Source of the DNA: Mizuhopecten yessoensis
Lineage: Eukaryota
Assembly (NCBI RefSeq): GCF_002113885.1
Contig: NW_018407426.1
Location: 1,486,908-1,550,907, forward strand
DNA length: 64,000 bases
Direction of reading: 5' to 3'
The notes beneath the pieces are model-generated. The model worked only from the letters and a program-made list of their open reading frames with translations. It searched no databases and was not told where the DNA came from. Of the stretch, positions 24,001 to 39,000 are shown in pieces (the stretch's first letter is position 1; each line of letters begins with the position of its first letter). The position numbers and the translations under genes were made by a program.

Positions 24001-27000
24001 CACACTTCAGCAGCTGTGATTAAAATTTGTAACACATATGACAATGTATGTGTGTACATCAATTCAGTGATTATAATTAGCTGGTTTATATGATACAGAA
24101 TATTTAATACTTCCAGTTTGTATGATATTATGTTTGTGTAAATTTGTGTTTAAGAATCATTAATGAATTAAAATTAACAATGCAAACAATTATTTACACA
24201 TATATTGTAACCATTGTTAAGTTTATGCATTGAGTGATACTATATAGAAAGATGACCTGGTCTAAGTGAAATCACGTGTTCGTGAAATAAAAGTACTGTA
24301 ACCTGCAGTATTTGTTGTACAAACATGTGATCTTTGCCCTAGTAATAATATAACAGACCTGTTCTACAACAGTAGTGTGGCACAGTGATTAACCCAAGAT
24401 TGTCAGTCAATTAGACAACTCCATAAACTCACACCATTATTAATTAGTATAATGCAGGGGTTCATCTTGATAAGGTGTGGTATTGATGATAAAAACATTG
24501 CAGCATCATTTATGAATCATCACACAATACTGTAGCAACCCCTCTGCTGAAATGGTGGAATCCATTTTGAAGTATGGTTGTGGTCAAACTCTAATTATAG
24601 AAGAGTGCAATGTTCGTGTAAAGGTAAGGGCAACTAGTAGGAACACCAGGTGGTTTATAGTGAAACTAGACATCATTGGGATGTTAATTGGAAATATCTG
24701 TTTTTAATTCCTTTGATGCCATGGAGAAATCAATAGCTGGGTCATGTTGGGACCAATCATTGTACTAGGACCACTTTTGATAACTGCTAAATTTCTTCTA
24801 TAATTTATTTTATGGACAGATGATATCACATGTGGGAGATAATAAACTGATAAGGTGTTAAATATTGTAAGGCCAAATAAATCATATGTATGTTTCCTAT
24901 TCCAATACATATATATACGAGGAGAAAAAATCCTGTCTTCCTAAAATATTTATATTTCATAGCCAAAATTCAGGAAATTTAGTATGAACATCCAAACTTT
25001 TTTTGTAGAATTCAATCAGTTAGAACCACTGAGTGAGAAACCACAGATGTTTGTGATTGGTTAAAACCGTTAAAATCAAATTTTATTACAAAATTACATA
25101 ATTGTGTCTATAAATTCTACTATTGTTCCATGTTACCGGCATAAACATCTTTGAACATCTCTCTAATAACTGACGATGCTGAGTGCCCCACCCCATACTT
25201 TTCATTGACATCATCATCTGTATATATATAGCAATTGTTTCCTATATTCTTTACTCATGTTTTCTGTGATCAATGTTCTAATGATCACCCAGGCAAAAAA
25301 ATAAAATGAATATGTTAAAGTTGCAGTGGTGAGCACATGTAATGTCGGTTCTAAAGAAAGTAATTTCGGAAATCTACCATCCACCAAAAAATCTGAAATT
25401 ATGTTTTGTCTACTTAATGGCAAGGGTTTGTAGCAGGAGTGGAAGTCCTGTAGACATCGTCGGAAACTTCCTGTAGCTAAATTAACGTACACGTGTGTGA
25501 TCACAGCACAGTAAGGGCAACTACAGGTCTGAGAGGTTTTGGGGGTATTGAAATGATACAAATCTGGAGGGATGTAAATATTTTATGCTCAACTTGAAAG
25601 GCTGGTGTCTAAGCCAGGGCACTGTGGTAGGTGCTGTGAAGCTACTGATCGTATGGTAGGTGCTGCAAGGCTACTAATCGTACAAGTTAAGACACAGCAT
25701 TTTTATTGTAAATACTTTTTTTTTTGCTCCTAATCTTTCTATCATAGCAAGGTAATACCTTATCAAGGCAAGTCTGCTCTTAAGCTTTAGTCAACCTCTA
25801 TGTTTTCATACTTTTGAGTAAATATATTCAAATATTGATACATGTTGATCAGTATTCATTTTGTTGTAAATAGCTTATTACAACAGAAAAGTATTAAAAG
25901 AAATTAGATACAGGTATAAATTAAAGATAGGCTATACCTGTCATTGACCTACTCCAGGTAATGCTTGATTAAACTGTCATTTAATGAAGTTACAGTCTGG
26001 TAACCATGTTTGTCTGTCTGCCAACAGAGTTGTACATGTACATTTGTAACTCAACAGAAAAATATCTACATATATGTTAATACAATTTATTAAAAAAAAA
26101 AACAGCCATTCATGTTTGAACATTTCATGCTTAAAAATGTTGTCCCCTAATTCCTAATTACCAGGCTATGGATAAATAACAAGGGAATAATAAGGACTTT
26201 CTTTCCCTGAATTTCAAGATTTTGTGATGAAACGTTTAACCACCTTTTTGTGTTTTGAAAATAAAATAAAACTTAATGGATCCCATTTCTTTGAGTTAAA
26301 AGATCATTCTTAAGGAAACTACATTACAGGCCCTCCATTTGCTGAATCACCAGATATAAAGAAAACTACTTAAGTTGTCATTCTGTGGTTCTGTTATATA
26401 TATTATTATAAAATTCTCCATTAAATGTGATTCCTAGGTACATTTACTTGAGCAGTAATTCAGTTCAGTTTCTAGACGTTCATTGTCACCTCCTGGCTTT
26501 GAAGTTTTGCTTTATAGATGGCTTCACCTAGATCGAGATATAAAAGTAGATAGTGCTCCCAAACAGTCATATTTAGTATCTCCTCGATGTCTGTTTACAT
26601 TCACAAACTGTTTTGATCCTGTAGCTGCAGTTATAACTCACCACTATCCTGGAGCACTGGAGCTTACAGATAGACCATTGAACCATAGGCAACGAGATGT
26701 ATTTCTCCAGTAAGGTTTCAGTATGGAGCGCAGCAAATGTTTGTGTAATTCTGGGGATCCTGATGTAAAATTTACATATTAAATACACACTTCTACGATC
26801 ATCAAAAAGTACGCTATTAATATGTCGGTGTATCAAGTATTGTCAAGATTTTTATTTCTGTTTAATCATTGAACCGAATGATTTCTCTGCAACACATTTT
26901 GTTTCTACTTGGATGCTCCTATGAAAATGTCCAACAGAAAACATTGCTGCAGTAAATAGACATGTTTATGTATCTAATGTAACGTTCTCTATTTTTTCGT

Positions 27001-30000
27001 GTTCTTGTAAAATGGATCACTCATCTGACATGCAGTACAAACATTGCTATAGTGTACAGATGTTAACATTAAAAACACTGGAGATTGTGTATGTAAAGAA
27101 CAAATGAAGCAAGGAAGTGTTTTCTATAGACTGGCATACTGACAAAAGCTTTACCCCCAAAAAAAGTAAGACACATGCCCCATACTTATAAATGAGGTCA
27201 TGATTCTGTTGCAGTAATTATGATGCCAATAAAGAAAGCTCCCCTCCCAGGAAAAGTGGTGGGGTGAATAGGACTGATTTAAATCATTAGGGAGAGATCT
27301 TTTTTGCATGTCTTTCATCAAGGTTTCTTTGAATGTGAGCAGTAGATTTGTTCCATCACCCCTCCCACCTTCTCTACAGAGGTAAAACTGTTGCGGTAAA
27401 TATCTGTAGGTTTTGATGTCAATAAATATACCATCTATCTGAATATTGGAAAATAAAGTAACGTTTACAGGGTGTGGCTGAGATGCCCTGTAGGACTTCC
27501 AGGAATAAACACAGCACTGCCAAGACTGCAGGCATAAGCCAAGGTTAGAAACGGTGGAAAGAATTGAAGCATAACCACAAAATTTGGCATTATAATGCAT
27601 GAAAGTTCAACATTCATTTTCAGTTCCTCGGTAGAAATAATTTAAAGAAGTTTGCTTTGCTGCTTATCTAGGACCCTGCCAGGCAACTGTTGTTAAATTA
27701 AATTGTTATTAAAATTGATGTTTTGTTACAACATACAAAATCTCATTGTGCTTAAAATTGACAGATTTGATCGAAGTATTTGGATATTTAAATGTACTGG
27801 TCAGTATGTAAAAGTAGTAGCAATGTCAATGAACTGGATATATATAACTTCTCATATCAATATTAACAATTTCTCTCTAGCATCGTGTAAGTATAGTTAC
27901 CATACCAGACTTACATATAGAGGGTTGTTAGGTACATTATACCTTGTCTATATTGGGACTAATGAAAAGATTGTCAGAATAAGTACTACAGTATATGTAC
28001 ACATATCAACTTACATCTACAATTAGGGAAGTTTTGTGGTCTTCCTAGTTATTAAAAAAAAATACAGTTGTTCAGATTTCTTTTGAAAAAAAGTAATTTG
28101 TGTTAAAATCTTTCGAAGTTGCATAGAGAGATATTATAAGTTGTGGTTTCATAATTAGTTTACATGATTAGTGTACATAATTACACTGTAGTCATTTCCT
28201 CTTCCCCCAGGTGGTTGTTGAACCAGTGTCTATACTCTAGTTATAGGGATTTCATGAAAAGTGCATAAGGAACAATGTGAAAGCCGTATATTATTCTGTT
28301 GTTATACTGGATTAACTCCCTTTGTGATCAGGATGTCAACCTGACCTGATGATAATAGTACATATTCAAGATAAATGTAGTATCTTGTGAAAAATCTAAA
28401 TACCTTCAATTAAAACCAAATGACATGGCGGGATAGTAGACCAATAAGTACTTAATACAGGTTTAGAAGTTGATGGTCTTAATTGTTTTGGTAGGTAATT
28501 ATATTATAATGTAATTTCTGTCTGAAATCACCAGAGTTTTACATGTTTGTCTGTCCCCAGCTGTGAGTACAAGTAACTGTATGTATGTACAAAGTCTACA
28601 AACAAATAGAACTGGACAAAGCTTAAGCTCTAAATTGAGTGTACTAGGTAATCTGTACAAAACACAACATTGGATTTAAGCTCAAGTTGGACTAGAGACA
28701 CACAAAAACTAACATCTTCTGGCTAGGGCTTATGTGGCTAGCTTAGACCTGGTGCCATTGTCACCCACAGTGTTGAAGATCGGTTAATAAAACATGTCTG
28801 ACTTCACGTAAATAAAGTGCTACATTCTACATAGGGTTGAGTCCAAACTAAATGTTTAGGTAACGTTGTGTTTTTGTTTTATTCAGCTTTATCCAAATTA
28901 TTGTGTAATGGTCAACATAATGTTGCATCAGAATTTTTCATTCTCGTCAAATACAATCCAGGATTAAGAACTGTAGATAAGACAGATATAAATTGGTATT
29001 CAATACAGGTGAGGGGATTCAGGCCGGCGAGTACCTTTTCTTTGGCAGGATATGAAATGAATAACTCTCAAAATAGATGTAGAAAAAAATAAGACTTAAG
29101 TTTACTTCACTTTTAATGATTTGCCCTATAACAATATCCTTACAATATTTGGAAGTACATTTGAATTTGAAAAGATATCTTTTTGCAGTGCTAATATAAC
29201 TGACACTCGTTAATTTAGGCTATGTAAGACAGATTAAATGCATGTAGTAATTTTCTATTCTACCACATGAACATGAGCTTGATTTATGTTATTGAGACTT
29301 ATAATTTATACGGTACATTTAAAAGACCATCCACACATGTCAGAGGACCAACAAAGAACTTCAAAATTTATATTAAGTTTGTGTTACCTGTATTTTCATG
29401 GTATTGAATGACACAGAAAACAAAAAACAACCATGCTTATGGTGCACTTCTTGTGATCATTTTCTTTCCTTTTTGTTTGTGTAGTTGACATTGAAGTTAG
29501 CATGATAAAAACACTATTATCAGTAACATTACAACCATACACCATCTTTTGGGTAAAATTCAAATTTTACAAGGATTGTATTTCCTACACAGTAGTCAAG
29601 ATAATTTTATCTTGTGTCGATCAGTCAAGGTTTCATTTTCGGTACAAGTGGGTATGGGTGTCCATTTTATGTGAGCCCTGTGTTCATTGATTGTACAAAG
29701 CAGTGATTAATGGCAGGTCTTCCTCCATTTAACAGCCTGTCAGTACAAACAAAGCTAATAATAGCTCTCTTTTAATGTTACATTTAACCTCATCACACCA
29801 ATCACCGGTAATGGGAGGGTCCAGACAACAGAACAGGCATGCTCCATTATGGAACTATGGGTGTTATTACCTGGGGTATGCAAGATCAAAGGCTTCCTCA
29901 ATACACTAGGACTTTGTAGTATGGAGGTGTAGCTCTACCATTACTAAGAGGGCCCACTGATATGAGGTAGTGATGTCTGGTTAGCTTTAATTTGTAGTAT

Positions 30001-33000
30001 AGGTAGGACTTTGTAGTATGGAGGTATAACTCTACCATTACTAAGAGGGCCCACTGATATGAGATGGTGATGTCTGGTTAGCTTTAATTTGTAATATAGG
30101 CAGGACTTTATAGTATGGAAGTGTAAGCTCTACCATTACTAAGAGGGGCCCACTGATATGAGATGGTGATGTCTGGTTAGCTTTAATTTGTAGTATAGGC
30201 AGGACTTTGTATTATGGAGGTATAGCTCTACCATTACTAAGAGGGGCCCACTGATATGAGATGGTGATGTCTGGTTAGCTTTAATTTGTAGTATAGAAAG
30301 GACTTTGTAGTATGGAGGTATAGCTCTACTATTACTAAGAGGGGCCCACTGACATGCAATGGTGATGACTGGTTAGCTTTAATTTGTAGTATAGGTAGGA
30401 CTTTGTTGCAATTCAACTTTAGAAGAAATATGAATGTTGCGGACAACACGAGGTTAAAAAAATGCAATGTATGTTTGGGGTTTGAATAAGATGTTTTATT
30501 TTTGATTTGTTTGCAGATGTCAAAAGTATTATAATAATAATGAAATGTTCATTTTATGTGCCAAAGTAAGGGGGGGGGGGGGGCACAAACATGTTATGTT
30601 TTTGAGAAACTACAGAAGAAGAAAAAGTTGTTTACAATGTTACATACAACAGACTTTAAAAATTCATTCATAAATTCATTCTCAGGTGGTAATAATTAAA
30701 ATTAAAAGGGATTGAAGATAAAAGATATGAGATTTTAAGAAGAGATTGTTTTTAAAATATTCCAAATAGGATTTTTTTTAGAAAGTGACATATCCTGTTC
30801 TATATTTCCAGTTGGTGCCAGCAGAGAGCAGTACGTCAGATACCCAATCACAATGTACGGATTCACAGTCGGGGGATGTACAGATGCCTTCCGAGAGGCT
30901 TGGTGGTATTGGGGACAGTCGGCCGCCATCTTTTCAGTGAGTCGACATAAGTCACAGTATTAATGTAGATATCTGTTTTGATGGTTACATTCATGCTAAC
31001 TCTGTCATATGTATATATGTAATGGAGTTAAAATGAAATTCATCTGCTGAAGGTCTACAGAAGCATTTTGCAGCAAACAAGAAAGAAATGGTTTGCAGAA
31101 TAATAAGATGTTTTAGAATGTTTTTCTGATTGGATGATATATTATCTTGGTTTGTGAAACTTGTTAGATGAAGTCATTATAACCTATATTAGTATACCCA
31201 ATATGGGCAGAATATGGGCATAGAGTAATTTTACAGATATTGCTTATCTTTAGGGAAACCTGTGGTAAAATAATCACTTATCAGCATGAAATTAATTGAT
31301 GTATACATATAGAAAAAGAATGAAAACAATATTTGGAGATACATCTGGAAAAGTTGCTGCTGTTCTTAAAAATAAATCGAGAGGTTATAAAAGAACATTG
31401 AAAGAAATTCAGATGCAACCAGGAAGAATTTATTATAAATACAGACAATTCCTTTTACTTTTAGCATCAGGCTTAAGTTTCCCGTATATTCCTTAACTTA
31501 GTATTATTGAGTTCAGGAAAGTTGCTTTCTGAAGGAAATTTTCTTAAGTTAGGGAATGTTGGAGAAACAAGAATCAGTATGCTAACGAAATAGTACTGCT
31601 TTAAACGGAAGAAGGAGAATTAGGGATGAGGACTTCTAAAAAAGTAAAATTGTTGGACAGAATTTAACCTTGGAAATCTATTTTGCAGTGCAAATGCGTC
31701 TGTCGTAAGTCGAGATCAGAGCTGTGACACGTGTACGGAGACCGACTCAGTCCTGAGTTCACGACGAGGTAGGTGGCGCCACCGTAGATGTTGTGTGTCT
31801 GTATTCAGGCTGTATCTATGTATGCTTGCACTTTTATCTGCTTGGTGTTTGCTATGTGATGAATGACTTCAACTTATGTGTGCTTTTGGTTACAGGTCAG
31901 AAACGCTTATGCCTAACTTGTGACCTCAAACTTTGCCTGACAGGTACTCGTAGTATTCAAATTTTAAAAGTTGACAGGGAAACAAAGTTATTACCAAAAC
32001 AATTCTACACAAACAGTACAATTTGGACTAGGTTTCAAGCTTGGTAACATTACTGTATCAAAAGCAAAAAAAATCTCCTAATTTTGAATGATCAAGGAAT
32101 TCTTTTTGAAGAAATCTTGAGTGGTATTAAGTTGAATTTTCTTCAGTTAAACAATTTACATTTCTGTATAAAGTTATCAATATCACAGTCTGTTTTCATA
32201 GTTTAACATCTAGTTTATATTAGGTGTGTAGTTGTGCATTTTTCTAAATCATTTGTAGTCCACATAAGCTATCATTTTTAGCTCACCTGCCCGAAGGGCA
32301 AGTGAGCTTATGTTATGGTGCGGCATCCGTCGTCCGTCCGTCCGGCGTCCGTCTGTCCGGCGTCAACTTTTTGCTTTAAACAACTTCTTCTCAATAACCA
32401 AAAGGCCTAGGAAGATGATATTTGGCCAGTAGCATGCTGGGATGAAGGGCTACCAAGTTTGTTCAAATAAATGACCTTTACCCACTTTCAAGGTCACAGG
32501 GGTCAAATATGTTAAAATCTTCAAACAACTTCTTCTCAATAACCAAAAGGCCCAGGGTACTGAAATTGGGCCTGTAGCATGCTGGGATGAAGGGCTACCA
32601 AGTTTGTTCAAATGAATGACCTTGACCAACTTTCAAGGTCACAGGGTCAAATGTCGTAAAATCTTCAAGCGACTTCTTTTCAATAAGCAAAAGAGCCAGG
32701 GTACTGAAATTGGGCCTGTAGCATGCTGTGATGAAGGACTACCATGTTAGTTCAAATGAATGACCTTGATCCACTTTCAACCTGATGTCCTTGTTCAACA
32801 ATCAAGGTCAGAGGCGTCATATGTTTAAATCTTTTAATAGGTTCTTATGAAATCTTAAGATTAAAAGTGTTAGATTAATAACAGGTGAGCGATGCAGGCC
32901 CATTGGGCCTCTTGTTTTTTAAACAATTGTAAGGAAACTTTCAGTCAGCAGTTGCTAATGTTTTGCAAGACTAACTGTAATGTTCTGTGAGTGGTTACGT

Positions 33001-36000
33001 CATTAAAAGCTTCAATGCTGTACTTGATTTTGTTCGCAAGATTTTGCAACCTTCATCATGCCATAGTTGGTATAGCAGAGCAGCACTGAAAAGATTTAAT
33101 TGTCTTTCAGGTCCTTGAAAGGCTTGAATGTGTTTTGAATGTCAATAAATTAGATTAAAGTATGTTCAAGGTCCTTGAGGTGCTTATCGCTGAAGCATAT
33201 TTGACAGTTTGGTGTTCTCAAGTAGCACTTAGAGATAAATGTTTTAACATCAGTGCAACTGCATAACACACTGTTTGGGCTCAGAGTAAGCTTTTGTTGT
33301 GCTGGAGTAGAACAGTTAGACATTCTGTGCCAGGTTTTCATACTATTTTAGCAAGTTTTCTTGTCTTTTGAGTACAGAGTTATGTTACCTAATACCAATA
33401 GCCTTAGATATGCTGTTATTTCTAAGTGTCAGCATTTTGTTTGGTCTTTACCTTGGTAGAGTTCAGATTGACATCGACACAGGTCTCTGATATTGAACTA
33501 ACCCTGTGCAGTGGACAACATGCTTCTGATTTTGTCGAATATGATGCTTCAAAATACAGCAATATTTGATACAGATCTGTATGCTTATATATATGATGGT
33601 TTGAGTGGAATTTAATATAAGATATAAAGGGGCAGGGGATTTTGATCAAACCTATGCTTGTGTGTGATGGTTTGACAGGAATTTTAAACATTAGATATTA
33701 AACCTCATTTGATTTGGATTATATCTAGATGCGTAAGTGTTTGATGCCGATACAGAAATTAAATGTTGACTAAAAGCCACATTAATATCCATTATGTAAA
33801 TGCCGTGTCAATGTATAGCTGGGTTAAAGGGCAACACGTCAAGTACATTCTAGAAATAGAGATCTGTGTAAACAATTCCTTATAGAACAAAAACCATTCC
33901 TGTTGCTGCTCTTTGGAAATTAAGCAAGTCTAGGTATAAATATATGCTGCGGTATAATTGTACATGGGGGCTGATGCTGCTGTCTTGTTTAATTACCCGG
34001 AGACAAAGTGGAGAATTCCTCGCCCAGGTTAACACATGTACATGTCTAGATTAGTGTTAGGGTTGTCTGCCTTGTAATTACAGGCTATTTTGGTGTTACA
34101 TTAAGTTGTCCAATGTCAGCAGCCATAGAGATGCTAAGGTTTGTCGTACTCTGTGCTGATTGCTGTACTCTTGAGGGTGTTGCTGCCAGTTACATCTGTC
34201 TATGTATTATATACTAAAACACAACAGCCGTGTTAATGATAGGTGTTCTGTGTACATGACACTGATTTTAACCACTTCGCTAAATCGCTACACTTGGATA
34301 CGTTCCTGGGTACCTGACCCAAACATTCACCTCATTTCTAAATAAATGTACTATACATAATTACCTGGGTGCATGACACTAACATCGACCTCATTTCTAC
34401 ACTAGGGTACTTACCTGGGTACATGACACTAACATCAACCTCATTTCTACACTAGGGTACTTACCTGGGTACAAGACACTAACATCGACCTCATTTCTAC
34501 ACTAGGGTACTTACCTGGGTACATAACCCTAACATATACCTCATTTCTACACTAGGCCCTAGTAAATTAATGTATAATAGATGTAATAAGTGTTTGTTTT
34601 GTTAATCCAACAGTAGGTACCTCAATTAATCACCTATTGACCATGCTAAAAGGATCTGGTGGTAATTGCTTTGGGCTCCAGTGAGCACGCTTGCCGGACA
34701 CCTGTGGGCTTGTCGTCCGGTCCCCCTCCCCTCTAATTACAGGCCCCCTGTGGCAATACGCCTATTTTGCAACTGACCAGTGGGGTCATTGCTGGACTTG
34801 GGTCAGCTGTGTGATTTAATCAGTGTCAATTTCTTGTGTAAAAAGACCACCTTCAGTACAAATAACAAGGTGATACGGTTCACAGCCTGAAGGTGATACG
34901 GGTCAATTAAGCTGATACGGCAGAGAGGATTTCAAACTGAGGGAGAACCCTGTAGGGTACTTACCTGGGTACATAACCCTAACATTCACCTCATTTCTAC
35001 ACTAGGGTACTTACCTGGGTATATGATACTGATATTATTAGAGTACATACCAGAAGTTGGTTTGAATTAGTAGGTCACTGTGACCATCTTCTTTAACCAT
35101 TTAGGATAACAAAGGAAGTTATTTCCTGGAGCCTAAATCTGTTATCATTTGAGATTTAAGATCACAACTGAAATATGCCTGTCCATCTTTGTATTGCAGA
35201 ATGAGACATTTGAATAAACCAAAAACAATCACCAACGATACTAATATTTACACAACTGAAACCATATTGTCCCTGGAATGGTCTGTATTTTCTATAGTAA
35301 TTTGTCTCTGATCCTGAATTCTCTATTTTATATTATAATTGTTTTTAAAACAGACTACATGTGTTATTGAACACAGCTGTCATCTTCAATTCACACACAT
35401 GATATAAAGTAACAGTTTTCCGTATGGTAATCTCCTACAGCACTAGCTCATGTGGAAATCTGAAAAACCAAGTTTAGCATGGAATGACAAATTCATTCCT
35501 GCTCAGCAGTGCACACATGTCAGCAGAGTACAGCAGTATTGTTGTGAAGCAAGTACTTTAGAATTAGGCTAGAAGTGTGAACTGTAGCCCAGCAGGAGAG
35601 GGGCGTTGTTATGTAACAGTTGTATAGACCAGTAGTATAGCACTCAACTCACCCTGTTTACAAAGCTATTCCACAGGTCTTACCCGGGAAAGCCTGATGT
35701 GTCCATCTCATCGCTAAAACAGATATTAATGTTTAAAATTTCATTCGGTTTAGGTAAAGGTTTCATGTATATAGAATGCACAGGGACAGCAAAAAGTAAA
35801 GGTTTATCATTTATAGTGTAATGAGAATTAAGATGGAATATAAGAAGCTATATATAGATCATACAGGTAGACAAAACAAAATCTTTATGCAAATTTATTA
35901 TCGATATAAGCACAATCTGCAGCTGCCAAAAGCTCCAATTGTAGCTGAGAGTAACGCGGAAAATGTTTCATTTACAGGATTTTTGAGAAAGGATTGTTCA

Positions 36001-39000
36001 CACAATGTTTTATGGGAAAATGTGACAATGTTCCATTTACAAAATGTTTTGTGGGAAAAACGTTTCATTCACAGGGTGTTTTGTGAGGAAATACTCCTAG
36101 TGATACGACTTTGCAAATGTATATTGATAATTTTGCGTGATATTTCATATATAGTTTTGTATATGATACATCACGATGTATTATTCAGGTGCCTGAATAT
36201 CGGCTAGATGGATTGGTATGTGTGTGTTATACAGAGGATAATAACAGGGCTACGGTATTGATCTGAGGGAAGCCAGTAGACGGTCGAACCCTCACCTTCC
36301 ACCTGTCTACAGTCACGGGGACTGTCTGTCAATAACATACAAGACCTCTGTGTGTAATTGTCTGTCCTCCAGTCGAGGATTCCTATAACATATCGTCTAT
36401 GTTGGACAGATACACAACACTCCCCAGATTTTGTCTAGCTAGCTCTCTCCTATGTATACCGTTAAAACCAATGTAAATGTCTCATTGATAATGACAGATA
36501 TTCCAGAGGTTAAAACACAGCAAAAACCTGCACAGAGAAGAACTGCTTGGTACCATTTGTCTGATAAAGAGATAAGTTGGATGTATCGTTCTTTGGCTTA
36601 ATTGGTAATGACAGATATTTCAGAGGTTAAAACACCGGAAAGACCTGAAAAGCAGGAAGAAAAAGGACTATTTGGTTACCATTTGTTTGATTTACTAGAT
36701 ATTTTGGGGGAGAAATGCTATCGCTCTTAGGGTTTATGAATATTAAGGAGAATTTAAGCAGTAAAAAAATAGTAACTCAGGATCATATTGATATGTAAGG
36801 AAAGGTTTATACACCACAAGTCATAGGAAGACGAGCAGATATGTTGGCGTCACTTGTTAGCTAGGCTATTTCTCTTTACTACAATTTTGTATTGGCCCTA
36901 ATGACCTTTTTTGTGTTGATGGGCCTTTAAGGATCCAATAACTGACTTTGCTACAATAATATAAATTTAAATTGACCAATTACATCACTCAACATTTATA
37001 CACACAGATGTCTCAAAAGCACTTTCTTTAAAAAAAATCTGCCTTTTTTTAAAGATTTGTTGACTTGCCATAATAGAATGGTTTCTGGTACTAGAGTGTT
37101 AATGGATTTTGTTCTGTGTAAGAGTACAACTACACAATTTTAATGCAGCTATCCATTCCTAACAAGGTTTTCCTTGTGTCTGTGTCATGCCTGTGTCATA
37201 ACTGTGTCAGTGTTGTTTGGGAGAGAGTAGACGTGAGCAGGTACTCGGTGACCGGGTTTATTATCGCATTCACTCGACTGTGATATTGCGCAAATAAATT
37301 GGCAGTTTTTCACAGATCAACGACTGTGAAATTTGAACGGTAAATATGCATTGTAATTATCTTGTCAACTTCAAACAGTAGCTGCTGTTAGCTGGAGGAT
37401 AGTTAAATGTATCAAGTTATTTTTTTTATCGGGGGAAAAATCTACATACCCTGTGTTAAAAAGTGTATGTGACATTTGAAGTATGTGAAATAATATATTC
37501 TGATTTTGTTGAATTTGATTAAGAAATACACAGAAATGTGAAGGTAAATGTTGTTTGTCTGTCTTTCAACAGGTGTAGAATATTTAATGCTGGATAAATG
37601 GGAGCTGTTCAAAGGATTATTTCCTTTAAATTCAATAATTGAAGTGGAGAATTTTTTAAATCACACTACAAAAGGTCTCGCTTAAAGGAACACAAAATGC
37701 TAAGCATTATTGAGACGATTGTTTAGATCAACTATTATGGAATACACACCTGTTTATTGGTGTACAAACTAAAAGTAATGTGGTCCAGATATTTTTCAAT
37801 TAAAAACATGAAGTACATGTATTTCATTGTAGTCTGAATAAACTTTTTCAATTTTGTTTGTAGTTGTTAGTATAATATGTGGAACGTCATTATTGAAAAT
37901 CTTCACATAATTTCACACCCAGGTTCTACTGTCGGTGGGTCTGTTTCTGTAAACATACAGGTACCTTTGAATATTTGTATGACTTGGAGAACTATATTCG
38001 TATCACTCTGTAAGGCCAATACATTAACATATATATATCATCAATGTGTTGTATTTGACATCCGTTATAGTCAAAAGGCCTGGGTATAAACAGTTCCGTG
38101 ATCAGGAACTTTCCTTTATGCCGTGACCAATATATCTATATCATTAAGTGAAACACAATGAAATCTATTACAGGTAGAAGAAAACCGACACCTTCCTTTT
38201 CTATTCATATTAATAGGTTAGGTATTTTATATTTCCTAGTCAAAACAGTATCCTTTGTATTTGACAATATTGCCTGCATGATATTCATTACCATGTGGGC
38301 CAGAGTCACTTTCATTGCGTTGATTGCATGACACTTTCCATTTACCTATAATGATTGCTGTAGATTGAGGTGTGGCATTCATTTGAAATCGTAGATCGGT
38401 ATATGTTCTATTTCAATTTCTGTTTTGCATAAATAACCTGTATGGTGTTGAACCCACAGACTATATAACAAAATCAGATTACTGTTTATAAGTAGGCCAG
38501 TGGCACCTAGCTTAGGGTAATATATCTGGCCTTAGGATTATACTACACTGACCGATGAGAGGATTATCATTAGTGAGTGGACCGAGGGACAGGTGACATT
38601 GAATTGTGTGTTGGTCATTGATGTGGTCAAGGATGTAGAGATAACTGGCTGGACATGGCTTGGTTTATCCTTGCTCGTGTCAGAAACACAGCCCACAGAT
38701 CGAATACAGGTAAATCTTACTATGTAAGGGCAGGAATACAAGTGCTTGATTCTCAGTGTCTGGGTTTTTGGACTATTTAACTTCCCCCAAATGTACAGTG
38801 TTATGATGGATTTCAATGAAACTTTTGAACACTTAATCAGTATGCAAGATAGCTTTTAGCTAAAGGATTTATTCAGTATCATTGATGCGCCATTAGTACT
38901 CTACTACATCAATGCAGGATTCAAACTAACACATATCTACTAAAATGTAGTAAAATGCATATATTTTTTATTACTAGTTAAAAAAATCCTCACTGGCAAC

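Noticed and set aside
34405-34420. U1 snRNA gene or pseudogene
   Set aside because: Only the first ~11 nt match; no stem-loops or Sm site follow.
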